A stretch of DNA of 64,000 nucleotides from the human T2T-CHM13v2.0 reference genome, Homo sapiens, in NCBI RefSeq assembly GCF_009914755.1, contig NC_060929.1. One strand, given 5' to 3'. The translations under genes and the position numbers were made by a program. Shown piece by piece: positions 1-12,338 of this stretch. Within the stretch, counting starts at the first letter, position 1; every line of letters begins with the position of its first letter. The notes beneath the pieces are model-generated. The model saw only the letters and a list, made by a program, of their open reading frames with translations. It was not told the origin of the DNA and searched no databases.

Positions 1-1086
1 GGAACATCTCATTTTGACAAATGGCTTTTGTTTACCCACGACTGGCAAACAAACGCTCCACGACGTGCGGCTAATCACCTAAAAATAACAGCACATATGT
101 TCCCTCTGAGGAGTGTTCCTTGCTAACAAGCACAGTGGCTGTGGGCTGCTGGGGGTGGGGTGGGGACACTCTGCACTCCTCTGAGGCAAATTCAAAAGCC
201 TCTCTCTCTGCCCCCAGCCGTCCTCCTGCACCCCACATCCATCCTGCTGCCCAGCCCTGTCCGCAGCGCCACACACAAACCACCCTCCCTTGTGTCTCCC
301 TGCACCACCCCCCGACCAAGTCCCCGGCTGCTGTGCTGGGGCAGGGCTGGTGCCACAGTCCCCTTTCTGCCCTCCTGGCCTTGCTCCATCCCCTCCACCC
401 TGCCCCGGAGGCACCCTTCTAAAACACACACATCTGACTAGTCACTCCCCTTCTCGGAACTCCTCATGGCTCTCTCTGCCTCCAGGCCATGCTAGTCTCA
501 TTTCCCACACTACCTGGGCCTGACCATCAGTGTGCACCAGGGCCTTCCAGCCTCCAGGCCTCTGCAGATGTTGGAGTAGGGCTGCTTCTCTACCTACACA
601 CCTCCTCCACCCTCGGGCAGGTGCTCAGCTCTAAATGACATCCAAGCTGATGACGAATGAATGAGTTCTCTCTGAACTCCTGCCCACTGCATGTCTCCTC
701 CTGGTTGTCCAGTGGGCATCTCTGAACCGTGTCCAAAAGCACACGCGAACACACACACACACACGATCCTCCTGCAATCTTATTGGTTGCTCAGGCCAAA
801 AGCCTTGGAGTCCTCCATGTCCCCCACCTGCCATCCCACAACCAACCCATTAGCAAATGGGGTCAGCTGTCTTCAAAACACACGCAGACTCCCCTCAGCA
901 CCTGCACACTGCCTCCTGGCGCCTCCATCCCACCTCTCACCTCCAGCGGCTCCCCCCTCTTGCCAGCCACAGTCCGCTCACACCCCAGGACCCTTTAAAA
1001 CTGGTCACGCCCCGTCTCTCCTGCACCCCAAAGCTTCCAGTGACTTCCATCTCAGAGTAAAGCCAAAGTCTTGTAGAGGCCACAGC

Positions 1087-1735
1087 TAGGGTGGCCAGAT
1101 TTCACAAACAAAAAGGCAGGATGCCCGTTAGGTTTGAATTTCAAGGACATGTTAAGTGAAATAAGCCAGACACAGAAAAACAAATACCACGTGATCTCAC
1201 ATGGACATGCGAACTCTGAAAAAGCCAAATTCATTGAAGCAGAAAGTAGAATGGTGGTTACCAGAGGCTGGCGGACAGGGAGTGAGAATTGGGGAGCTGT
1301 GGGTCAAAGGACACAAAGTTCCAGTTAGGGAGAATAAGTGAAAGAGCCCCATGGTACGTCGTGGCAGCATAGCTAATGACAGTGTACTGCATTCTTGAAA
1401 ATCGCTAAGAGTAGATTTTAAGTGTTCTCACCACAGGAAAAAAAAAACAAGGTGGGAAGTAATGCATATGTTAATTAGCTCAATTTAGTCATCCCATAAA
1501 TGTATACATATTCCAAAACATCATATTGTAGGCCATAAGAATATGCAATTTTTATTGGTCAATTAAAACAATGTTTTAAAAAGAAGAAAGGGATATTAGG
1601 AACTAAAAATCTTTTTTTGAATTTCAGAGAAAGGCAAACTTGCGTGGGACACACTTATACTAAAAAATTATTTGCTGCTTATCTGAAATTCCAGTGTAAC
1701 TGGGCATCCTGTAATTTTCCAGCAGCCAGACCTAC
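1087..1735. mobile_element. MER53 palindromic MITE, interrupted by an L1 fragment
   Basis: tagggtggccagat...tttgaatttc and gggacacacttatactaaaaaattatt...aactgggcatcctgta match the two MER53 arms. Confidence 0.7.
1144..1615 (+). mobile_element. L1MA-type 3' end fragment
   Basis: atgttaagtgaaataagccagacacagaaa... L1 3'UTR ending in an A-rich tail; flanked by tttgaatttca at 1133-1143 and 1616-1626. Confidence 0.75.
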
Positions 1736-3410
1736 AAAGCCTGAGATGACCGGGTACACCCCCGCACCCCATCGTACCTCACGCCCCCCACCTCCCCTGC
1801 AGCTTGGGTGTCCTGCTTTTCCCAGAGCCCAGAGAGAGTTCCTCCACTTCAGGAATGCGTCCCGCCATCCCCTCTGCTCCTGGTATCCCTGTGGGCCACT
1901 CCCCTGGCCCCTGCAGATCTCTGCCCAGATGGCGTCTCTCGCCGAGGCCTGTCCTGACCAGCCAGTACAAAACAGCAGCTCTGCCACTGCCCCCTCACTG
2001 CTCGGTGGCTTCTATGCCCTTCCACCAGAAAGCCGTCTCCTTGAAGGCAGAGTTTCATCTCTGCCGTCCACAGCTGTGTCCCCACACTGAGGACAGTGCC
2101 TGGCATGTAGTAGTTAGTCAATAAATATTTTTCAAATAAATGATGTCCCTACTGCCCCACCCCAGGCCACCGGCAAACTCCTTAAACCACAAGGACAGCT
2201 TTGTGGCCTCTCCTCTGCAAAGCTCTCCCTGACCACACGCGTGTCCTCCAGGCAGGAAGAGCCTCCTCACTAGCCGAAGAGTCCCTCCGAGGTAGCGATG
2301 GTGTCCCATCCACCTTTCTATCCCCAGTGCCACATCGATGCCAATGTGAGAGGTGCTCGGTACACGTGTGAGTGGATGACTCAATGAATGAATATCTGAG
2401 TGAGTGAAGAAATGAAGAGCATAGGAACCAAGCAAAACTATCTCTAAGGCTCCCTGCGGGAGCTGGTTTGATTCCTGTTGCCCCTAAAGAAAGACTTTTG
2501 ATATTTATCCCCACTTGGTAAAGAACAATGAAGAAGGAGGAGATGGTGAAGATGCCCTTCGCTCCCCTCTAGTCCACATTCTACAAAATGTGTCCACCTC
2601 ATTCCATGATCCTCTCACCAGCCTGAGAGGCAGCTATTATCACCCCATAGTTCAGATGAAGAAACACAGGCCCAAAGACAGGAAGCGAGTTGCTGGAGCC
2701 ACAGGGAGAGGTGAGAGGAGATGCAGCTGGGACCCGGCCCCAGCCCATCCAGCCCTGAAGGCCTCCATGCCTCGCTGCCTCTCCAGCCTGCCCAGGGTTT
2801 CGGTGACTCAGTGACCCATGCAGGCCCCCCAAGCAGGGAGGAGGGAGAAGTCAGGCTGCACAAGAGGACAGGGACCCTGCCCAAGGCAGAGCTGCTTTGC
2901 CCCCTCTTCCCCTCAGGCATCCCAGGGACCCGGCCTGGTTGTCCACCCACATATGCACGGCTCTCTCTGTCTTGGACCACGGTACCATCACCCACACCAG
3001 CTTCTGAGCCAGCCCTCCATAGGCGTCTGCCCTGAATCATTGCATTTGTCTCAAAAGATTTTTGATATTAATGTCATTCTGCTCTAATGAGTCCAGCCCA
3101 CTTGGTCCCAGCTGGAGCTTCCATTGTCTGCTGATTAATTGGTACAGAACTCTGGGGGGTAGCAGGGGGAGGTGGGGGAAGAGAAAGGGAGAGAAGAGCC
3201 ATTTCCAGAGCAGAAATAGGTTTCCTCTGCTCACCAGTGATTATTCTCCTTATCCTGAAGCCTTCAGCTAGGTATGGGGCAGAAACTAGAGGGCCACTCC
3301 CTCCTCAGCCACTTAACTGTCCCGCTTCAGGAAAAGTGAGACCCATGGATACTGTCCCAGCGTACGAAGGTAGGTCTGGAGGAAAGCACAAGTTAAGAAC
3401 TGGTAGACTT

Positions 3411-3714
<304 letters not shown>

Positions 3715-4949
3715 TCATCCCAGCTCTGCTCGCTGTTGCCCTGGGCAAGTTGCTGGCCTCCCCAAGCCTCATTTTCCATCTACAAAATGGGGGACAAAAG
3801 TCCCACCAAAGCACAGAGTTGAAAGCTCTTGGATTTGACAACTTGGCTTTCAACTCCATATCTTCCATTTAGTGGGGCTGCGTGGCCTTGGGCAAGCTGC
3901 CTAACCTCATGTGCAAAATGGAAATATTAACAGCACCCACCTGATGGGGCTGCAGTGAGGACTGAAGGAGAAATGAGGAAGGTGCAGTGCTTGGCCTGGC
4001 GCTTAGCAGGATCAGTAAATAGAGGCTATTGTTACCACGTCTGGAAATAGCCACCTGATTAAACAAAGCCTGTGACTCTACTTGGTGGAATATTATGCAG
4101 GCACCAAAAAGGATACACAGTAGATGGTGCAGCCCAGGAAATGCCTATGTCCAAATGCCTTCTTCACTAGATCTCTGCAAGGGAATAATTATCTCCATTG
4201 ACAGAAGGGATAGCTGAGGCTTACAGAAGGGGCCTGAATGGTCCCAGGTCACAGAGCAAGTAAATAGCTGAGCTGGGAATTGAACACAGGGAAAACCTGT
4301 CTCGAAATGCAGATTCCATCCTCTTTGTCACAATTCCTGCACATCATATTTTAGAAATTGATTTGCTCAAGTCAGGAGCCTGCAGGCATTTCATTTTGGT
4401 TTCTGTCCAGGTGATCATGATGTTTTTGTGCCATTGATAATTATTTTTTAAGGCAGATAATAATGTTGACCTGCACTCCCCACCTGGCTAATGTGCAGAG
4501 CAAAGGAGCTCAAAGCTGTGTGTGGGATCTGGCAACAGGACAGAGCATGTGAGCAACAGTTAACATCATTCCAGGACCAGGGTGGCTTAGCTTAATACTA
4601 CACAGTCATTCATTCATTTATTCTACAAGCATTTATTGAGCCTAAAGGTACATGTTCTGGGCTCAGAGGACACAGCAGGGAACCAGAGAAATGACATATT
4701 CCTGCCTTCTCAGAGCTGACATCCCTGGGGAAAAGACATACACTAGACAAGTAAACAGACACAAATACTAGAGAGGAAAATAAAGCAGGATCAGGGCATG
4801 GGGGCGTGGGGTGACGCTCCTTTGTTCCTAGTGTCATGGAAGGCCTCTCTGGTAAGGTGCCATAGGAGGCTAAGGTTCAAACAAAGAAAGGAGATAAACC
4901 ATGATATCCAAGGGAAAAGCATCTGGGCAGAGAAACAGCAAGTGCAAAG

Positions 4950-5299
4950 GCCCTTAGTCTGTTGGGGCTGCTCTAACAAAATACCATAAAATGGGAAGCT
5001 TATAAACAAATAATTGACTTCTAACCATTCTGGAGGCTGTGAAGTCCAAGATCAGGGCACCAGCAGATTCAGTGTCTAATGACAGACAGCTTGCTTTCTG
5101 GTTCCCAGATGGCACTTTCTCACCATGTCCCCACACAGTGGAAAGGACAAGGTGGGCCTCTTTGATGAGGGCACTAATTCCATTTGTGAGGGCTCCACCC
5201 TCATGACCTACTCACCTCCCAAAGGCCCCCTTCCTAATACCCTCACACTGGGGATTAGGTTTCAACATAGATTCAGAAGGACACAGTTGGACCACAGCA
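4950..5299 (-). mobile_element. MLT1A-like MaLR LTR
   Basis: ggctgctctaacaaaatacc...tggaggctgtgaagtccaagatc...ggattaggtttcaacat is typical of the MLT1A/MST antisense strand. Confidence 0.7.
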
Positions 5300-8200
5300 G
5301 GCCCTGAGGCTGAATTATACCTGTGAAGTTCAGGAAACAGCAAGCAGGCCAGTGTGGCTGCAGCAAGTAGGGGAAGGAGGTGGGGAAGGGGTGTGGTGGG
5401 CAGCAGATGCTACAGGGCCTCACAGGCCACTGTAGGAACTTCAGAATTTACCATTCAGCATGAAGGATCTGGCTTGTCATTCTCTCATTGGTTGTATTAT
5501 TTGCATTTTCTTTACCCAACAATTTCCCATTTCTGACCAGATAAAATCTGAACTCCCAGATGTGGCATTCAAAGGCTTTCAGAGTAAGGGGAGGACAGGG
5601 AGGTGCTCAGTACCCCACCTCACTTTCCAGCCTCCTGTCCTGCCGCTCCCCACCATACATCGTCACCGCCCCCCTCCCCTCACTACCCTCTGTCACACCT
5701 CTGTGCCTTTGCCCATGCAGGGCTCTCTGCCTGCCTTCATTCAGGCTGACACTCAAATACTTGAGGAGCACCTCCCGAGTGCCAGGCCCTAACGGAGGGG
5801 CTGGAGAAATAGTGGTGAGCAAAACTGTCCCCGTCTCTGCTCATCTGGCATCTAGCAGAGAACAGCAACACTAACCTGGTAGGTGGGGAACTGTGGGCCG
5901 CGGCAACGGCCACTCTGGAGTGAGGGTAGACAGGGAGGCCCTGAAGAGGGAGTGTGGAAGCTGAGACACAAGAATGAGCAGCAGTCAGCCCAGCAAAGAG
6001 GTGGGAAGAATGACTAGCCCCCTTGAACAGCACAGCAGAGGGAGGAGGGAGGGAGAAAGAGGGCAGAGCTCGCCTCACCTGAGCCAGGCCGGGAAGGGAG
6101 CTCAGCAAATAGGCAGCGCCCGCCAGGCTCAGCGGCAGGTAAACAGGACTCTGTGCCACACCTGCTGCCCCCTCACCGCCCGCAGCCGCACAGGGATCAA
6201 TATTTGCCTACAGACCTGTCTTGCCTGATGAGTGTTTGGGCATCCGCCAGGCAGGCCTGGCTGGAGGGGAGCTGGCAAGAAGCGGGACAGTCCTGGGGGA
6301 TTCCAGCGCCTCACTGCCTGTAGCCCTGAGATGTGGGACCCAGACCAAGAAGAACCACAGCCAGGAGCCATGGGCAGGGCATCACCAAAGTCCTTCACTA
6401 CTGCTCCAGCGGGGTTAGGAAGGCCTGATGCCAGGAAACCAAGGATAGAGTGACCCCAAAAAGGGCAGCCCACCTCCACACCTGACCACAGCTGCCGACC
6501 GCAGAGCAGCCGCTGCCTGTGTCCCCCACCCTTTCTCACTCACTTCTCCTCCTTCTTCTAAATACACTAAATGCATGCCGGGAATAAATTAATTCTGTAT
6601 CAGATAGTTGAGAGACCTGCAGAATTATACATCTCCACCTTGTGCCTTCTGAATTTTTGTGCATTATTGGGTATTCAAATGAGTAAATAGTAAGGTGCAT
6701 ATTTTCATAATTTTAAAAAATCAAATTGTAAAGAAGATTAATTCATTGAAAACAGAAGTCCCCTGACCCCCTAATTCTACTTCACAACTTATCTTCATCT
6801 TAACTTTGGTAAGATTTCATTTTCAGCATAAATAGCATCATATCACACATCCGGTTCTCCCCTAACAACATGGTATACCCTGGGCACCTTTCCACCCCCA
6901 CACATCTGGGGCTACCTCATTCTTTTTTGCAGCTAAAATATCTTCCATGTCTTGGATGTACTGGGGTTCGTGTAGACCCATTTTGGTAGGCATTTGTTTC
7001 CAGTTTTGTTTTGTTTTCTTTCAGTTTTGGTTTTGGTTTTTGCTATTAAAAATAATTCTCTACTGGACAGTCTTTTACTTGCATCTCTGCATATTTGTTG
7101 GAGTTTCTTTGTAGAATACATTCTAAACTGGAGGGCAAATGGCTTGTACAGTGTTTACATTTCACAGACATTGCCACAGTGCCCTCCAAAGAGGCTGTGC
7201 TCCTTCCCCTCCTACTGCCTCAGCCCAGGAGAGACTATTTCCCTGCCCTCAGCTGTCAGGAAACCTTTAGCTCTTTGACAAACTCATGAGTGAAAGATGA
7301 TAGCTGTTTTATTTGTATTTCTTAATTATTAGTGAAGTTGGTATCTTTTAGGGCTAAGTCATTTGCATTTTTTGATGAATCGCCTCATTATACACTTTAC
7401 ACCGTTTCTTTAAAGGGGTATTCTTTCCTTATTTCATTTCAGCGATGTTTTAGCACCTACTCTGTAGTGGTTTACCACCCCCTTGTGAAACAGGATAGTG
7501 TGTCTGCACGGAAGCAGGGGGCAGAAGCAAACAAGAGTTCCTGTGTGGGGCATTCCCAACACAAAAGAGAGGTCATCAAGCCTTGAATCTGGTGAGACTT
7601 GAAGCATCTGATTACAAATGGACTGAGCCTCCATTTCCTTATCAGTAAAACAGAAAAATACAGTAATTCCTGTCCCTTGGTGAAAAAAAGCACAAAACCG
7701 TATGTGTAAGTCAGAATACCAGTCAAAACTGACATAAACCAAAAGGGAACTTATTGGTTCATGTAACTAAAAGCTCCAACTTCAGGCATGGCTGGATCCA
7801 GGTGCTCAAACACCATCAAGCATCGTCTGGCTCTCTCCACATTTCAGCTCTGCTTTCCTCTGTGTTAGCTGCATTCTCAACCTAGAGATACTGAGATAGC
7901 ACCCAGTAGCTCCAGACTTATATCCTATTGATTCAACTATCCACAGAGAGCAGCTCCAGCAAAAACCCAGGGATTTGCTGTGATTGGTCTGGACTGGGTC
8001 ATGCATCCATCCTCAAGCTAATCACTGAGGCTTGGGTGATAGACGATATAGATTCACCAGGCCTGGAGCTGAGGGATGAGAATGAATCCCATATGAAGCA
8101 TGTGGCCTGAGCAGGAAGATGAGGAAATTCAGCTGCTGTTACCAAAAGAAAGGACAGGATAAAACTACAGATGTCCCTCTGCGAGATTTTAGCCCTGCCT

Positions 8201-8396
8201 CAGGTATGTGACCCTGCACAAATTATTTCTCCTCTCCAGTCTTTGAGTTCCCTACCTGTAAGATTCTGACTTCAAACTCAATTGCTGATTTTGATACCTT
8301 TTGTAGCAGAAAACTTTTTTACTTTTCAATAAACAATACACGGAACCCAAAACATAGAACAGATAAGAGCTGTGTTTTATTAGAAATGTTATTTGT

Positions 8397-9151
8397 GTTT
8401 AATTTTTATTTTTTATTTTACTTTACACTCTGGGATACATGTGCAGAACATGCAGGTTTGTTACATAGGTATACATGTGTCATGGTGGTTTGCTGCACCT
8501 ATCAACCCATCATCTAGGTTTTAAGCCCCGCATGCATTAGGTATTTGTCCTAATGCTGTCCCTCCCCTGGCCCCTCACCCCCCAACAGGCCCCGGTGTGT
8601 GATGTTCCCCTCCCTGTGTCCATGTGTCCTCATTGCTCAACTCCCACTTATGAGTGAGAACATGCAGTGTTTGGTTTTCTGTTCCTGTGTTAGTTTGCTG
8701 AGGATGATGGTTTCCAGCTCTATCCATGTCCCTGCAAAGGACATGAACTCATTTTTTATGGCTGCATAGTATTCCATGGTGTGTATGTGCCACATTTTCT
8801 TTATCCAGTCTATCATTGATGGGCATTTGGGTTGGTTCCAAGTCTTTGCTATTGTAAATAGTGCTGCAATAAACACACATGTGCATGTGTTTCTATAGTA
8901 GAATGCTTTATCATCCTTTGGGTATATACCCAGTAATGGGATTGCTGGGTCAAATGGTATTTCTGGTTCTAGATCCTTGAGGAATCACCATACTGTCTTC
9001 CACAATGGTTGAACTAATTTACACTCACACCAATAGCGTAAAAGCGTTCCTATTTCTCCACAGCCTCACCAGCATCTGTTGTTTCCTGACTTTTTAATCA
9101 TCTCCTTTCTAACTGACGTGAGATGGTATCTCATTGTGGTTTTGATTTGCA
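8397..9151 (-). mobile_element. 5'-truncated primate L1PA (3'UTR plus ORF2 C-terminus)
   Basis: ORF 8637..8876 MFIAALFTIAKTWNQPKCPS is the L1 ORF2p C-terminal region; TSD agaaa(t/c)gttatttgt at 8382-8396 and 9152-9166. Confidence 0.92.
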
Positions 9152-9607
9152 AGAAACGTTATTTGTTTGATCCAGTATTAGTCAGGATAGACCAGAATCT
9201 GCTGTAATAAATAAACCCCAATATCTCAGTGGCTTAACACACAAAGGTTTGCTTCTTGCTCCTGTCACTGTTCGGTGCAGGTCAGGGAACTCTTCTTAGC
9301 AGATCTTCTCTACCCCTCAACCAGTGGTCCAGAGACCCACCCTCCCACCATCTGTGGTTCTGCCATGATACAGCTCTGGCCTCTGTGTAAGGGGAAGAAG
9401 CCACAAACTCCATGTCTGCCCACATCCCAGGGGCCCTCAGCATCCAGTCACAGGCCTCTATTCAAAGGCAAGAAACTCTGGGAAATGTAATCTTCCTCTA
9501 CTGGAAAAGGAAAATGACACTGTATGTTCTATAACATTTACTTATTATAAGGTCAGTCATTGAGAACAATGAGGTTGTTTTGATAGATCAAAAAGAATAA
9601 GAAATTC

Positions 9608-9873
9608 CGCTGGGCGTGGTGGCTCACGCCTGTAATCGCAAAACTCTGGGAGGCCGAGGCGGGTGGGTCGCTTGAGGTCAGGAGTTTGAGACCAGCCTGG
9701 CCAACATGGTGAAACCCCGTCTCTACCGAACATACAAAAATTAGCTGGGCTTGGTGGTGGGCGCCTGTAATCCCAGCTACTTGGGAGGCTGAGGCAGGAG
9801 AATGGCTTGAACCACTGCACACCAGGCTGGGTGACAGAACGAGACTCTGTCTGAAAAAACAAACAAACAAACA
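9608..9873 (+). mobile_element. AluS with an internal deletion in the right arm
   Basis: gcttgaacc runs directly into actgcac, omitting the gaggttgcagtgagccgag segment; TSD aagaaatt. Confidence 0.85.
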
Positions 9874-10455
9874 AAGAAATTAGATATCATGGATGACAGA
9901 TTTAGTCATGTCTCAACCTCAGCACTGACTTTAAGCTTCAAAACTTTTAAACTTTTTAAAGTTGCAAATATATTAAGAAAATCCCAGGTCAACAAGTAAT
10001 AGCAGTTGAAAATCCTAGCAGTATTTAGAACCTTGCTTTGCTTGCAATTTTTAGGGTCCTCTTTACTTGTACAGAGATAGCAGGACAAACTTCAGTGTCA
10101 AACTTACTGACAACTGAGTTAATGGCAGAAGAAACTGTGCTGGCCATCTCCAGATGCTAACATTTAGTATGCAATATATCCAAGGGTTTTTGTTCTGTTT
10201 ATTACAATGCTCAAATCCATATTTCAAATGTGAAGCTCAAATACAGTGTTTGCGGAGGGCTCTGTTCTGGAGCGCACAGTGCCAGAGGACCTTTGGGTTT
10301 CATAATGCATATGCATCTAAGCAGAGAATGGCTGGGTGTCCTCAGGCAAGACGTTTCCCCTCATTAGGCCTTGTTCTTTTCATCTATAATAGGGAAGGCT
10401 CAGCAAACCCAAGGGCCTCGACCAGAAAACAAATAAACAAACAGACCACACACAA

Positions 10456-10873
10456 ACACACAAAGATCCTTTGCTTTGGGTGAAGGCATCTGCCACGTTG
10501 TGACAATGCTCAGGTAGACTAGATCGGGCAACGGAGAAAGAACCTCAGGCTTCCAGACATCAGCCACTGAACAAGCCTGGAGATGTCTGCTTCAGCTGGA
10601 AGCTTTATTGCAACCTCATGAGAGACTCTGAGCCAGAACCATCCAGCTAAGCTGCTTTCAGATTTCTAACAGTCGGGCACTGTGAGATAAAAATATTTGT
10701 GGTGTTAAATGCTATGTTTTGGAGTATTTTGTTACCCAGCAGCAGATAACTAATACAGATGATAAAGGGAATGATTTCATCTTCTTAGGTGTGATACTGG
10801 TGGTGTGATTATGCAGGAGACTGCCCTTATTTTTAAGAGTTTCAGGCCAATGTGTTTAGTGATTTAGTGGTGA
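10456..10873 (+). repeat. Local direct duplicate of 15049-15467 (MLT1 3' half plus adjacent L1-derived flank)
   Basis: By-eye alignment gives 6 substitutions and 1 indel over ~418 bp. Confidence 0.95.
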
Positions 10874-10929
10874 TACCCATGCACACCTGTGACTCACTTG
10901 GATTACCTACAGCTTAACCTACAAAGGCC

Positions 10930-11005
10930 ATTAGCATGAAACTGCTGTTTTTATAGATCAAAAATGGCCAAATATAAGCAATTTTGCATGCAATATAAAC
11001 TAATA
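10930..11005. mobile_element. MADE2-like mariner MITE (degenerate)
   Basis: catgaaactgctgtttttatagatcaaaaatggccaaatataagcaattttgcatg...aactaata resembles the recalled MADE2 consensus. Confidence 0.55.
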
Positions 11006-11748
11006 TATGAGAACTGATAGTCTATGGCCCTTTTCTAGCCCATATACATGTCTGTTTGTTTTTTTAATGTGTTTCATTTTAATCTTACAAATTGAGACGT
11101 CGCACACAGAAAACAGATTTCTGGTCTCTCTTTAGAAAAAAATACCTTTAAAGGAAGACATAGACATAGGGGGAAATCTTTGTGATCATAGATTAGGCAG
11201 AGGTTTTTTTAGCTATAACACTAGAAGAATGACCCATAAAAGAAAAAGTTGATAAATTGGACTTCGTCAAAATCCTGCTCTTCAAAAGATGTTGCTAAGA
11301 GAAGGAAATCAAAACCCACAGACTTGAGAGAACATATTTGCAAACTGTCTATCAGATTTTTAAAACTCTTATACCCAGACTATACGAAGAAGCTTCAAGT
11401 CACAAAAGACTACAGATTACATGATTGCATTTTATGAGACATCCAGAATAGGCTAATCCATGGAGAGACAGAAATAAGTAGTTTCTTAGGGCAGAAGTGG
11501 AGGGGTTATTATGGGGCTTGGGTAATGCCTAAAAGAATGGGGTTTCTTTTTGAGGTAATCAATATGCTTTAAAATGGACAGTGGTGATGACGGTACAACT
11601 CTGTGAATACACTAAAATATGTAGCCCCAGCCCTGAAGCATGCCCCACCCCACTGACCCCTTCATTTCCCTCCGTACCACTTATCACCATGTCACAAATA
11701 TCTGCTTGCTTGTTGTCTTTATCCTCCCACAGAATATAATAATGACAG

Positions 11749-12058
11749 GGCCGGGCACGGTGGCTCATGCCTGTAATCCCAGCACTTTGGGAGGCTGAGG
11801 TGGGCAGATCACCTGAGGTTGGGGGTTTGAGACCAGCCTGACCAACACGGAGAAACCCCATCTCTACTAAAAATACAAAATTAGCTGGGTGTGGCGGCCC
11901 ATGCCTGTAATCCCAGCTACTCAGGAGGCTGAGGCAGAAGAATCACTGGAACCCAGGAGGCGGAGGTTGTGATGAGTCGAGATCGCATCATAGCACTTTC
12001 CAGCCTGGGTAACAAGAGCAAAACTTCATCTCAAAAAAAAAAAAAAAAAAAAAAAAAG
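11749..12058 (+). mobile_element. AluS (Sp/Sq-like) with long A tail
   Basis: Full dimer with a long A run; TSD ataatgacag. Confidence 0.92.
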
Positions 12059-12169
12059 AATAATGACAGCAGAGACACTGTTTAATTCATTGCTGTGTCC
12101 GAAGCACCTAGAATGGTGTCTGAATCAGAGCCAGGAGCTCAATAAAATATTTGTGAAATAAATGAATCC

Positions 12170-12338
12170 TTTTTTTTTTTTTTTTTTTTAAAGAGGCGGG
12201 GTCTCGTTCTATCACCCAGGCTGGAGTGCAGTGGCACAATCACAGCTCACTGCAGCCCTGCCTCCTGGGCTCAAGCCATCCTCCCACCTCAGCCTTCCAA
12301 GCAGCTGGGACTAAAAGTGTGTGCCACCACGCCTGGCT
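12170..12338 (-). mobile_element. Alu monomer (FRAM/AluJ right arm)
   Basis: Poly-T followed by a single right-arm sequence; TSD tgaatcc. Confidence 0.8.

Noticed and set aside
71-3100. Cluster of many short overlapping ORFs
   Set aside because: Pro/Ser/Gly-rich translations of GC-rich intergenic and L2/MIR-derived sequence, with no splice-consistent gene structure or family resemblance.
6101-6120. REST/RE1-like sequence ctcagcaaataggcagcgcc
   Set aside because: Lacks the CACC and GGACAG cores and has the wrong spacing; too weak to call.
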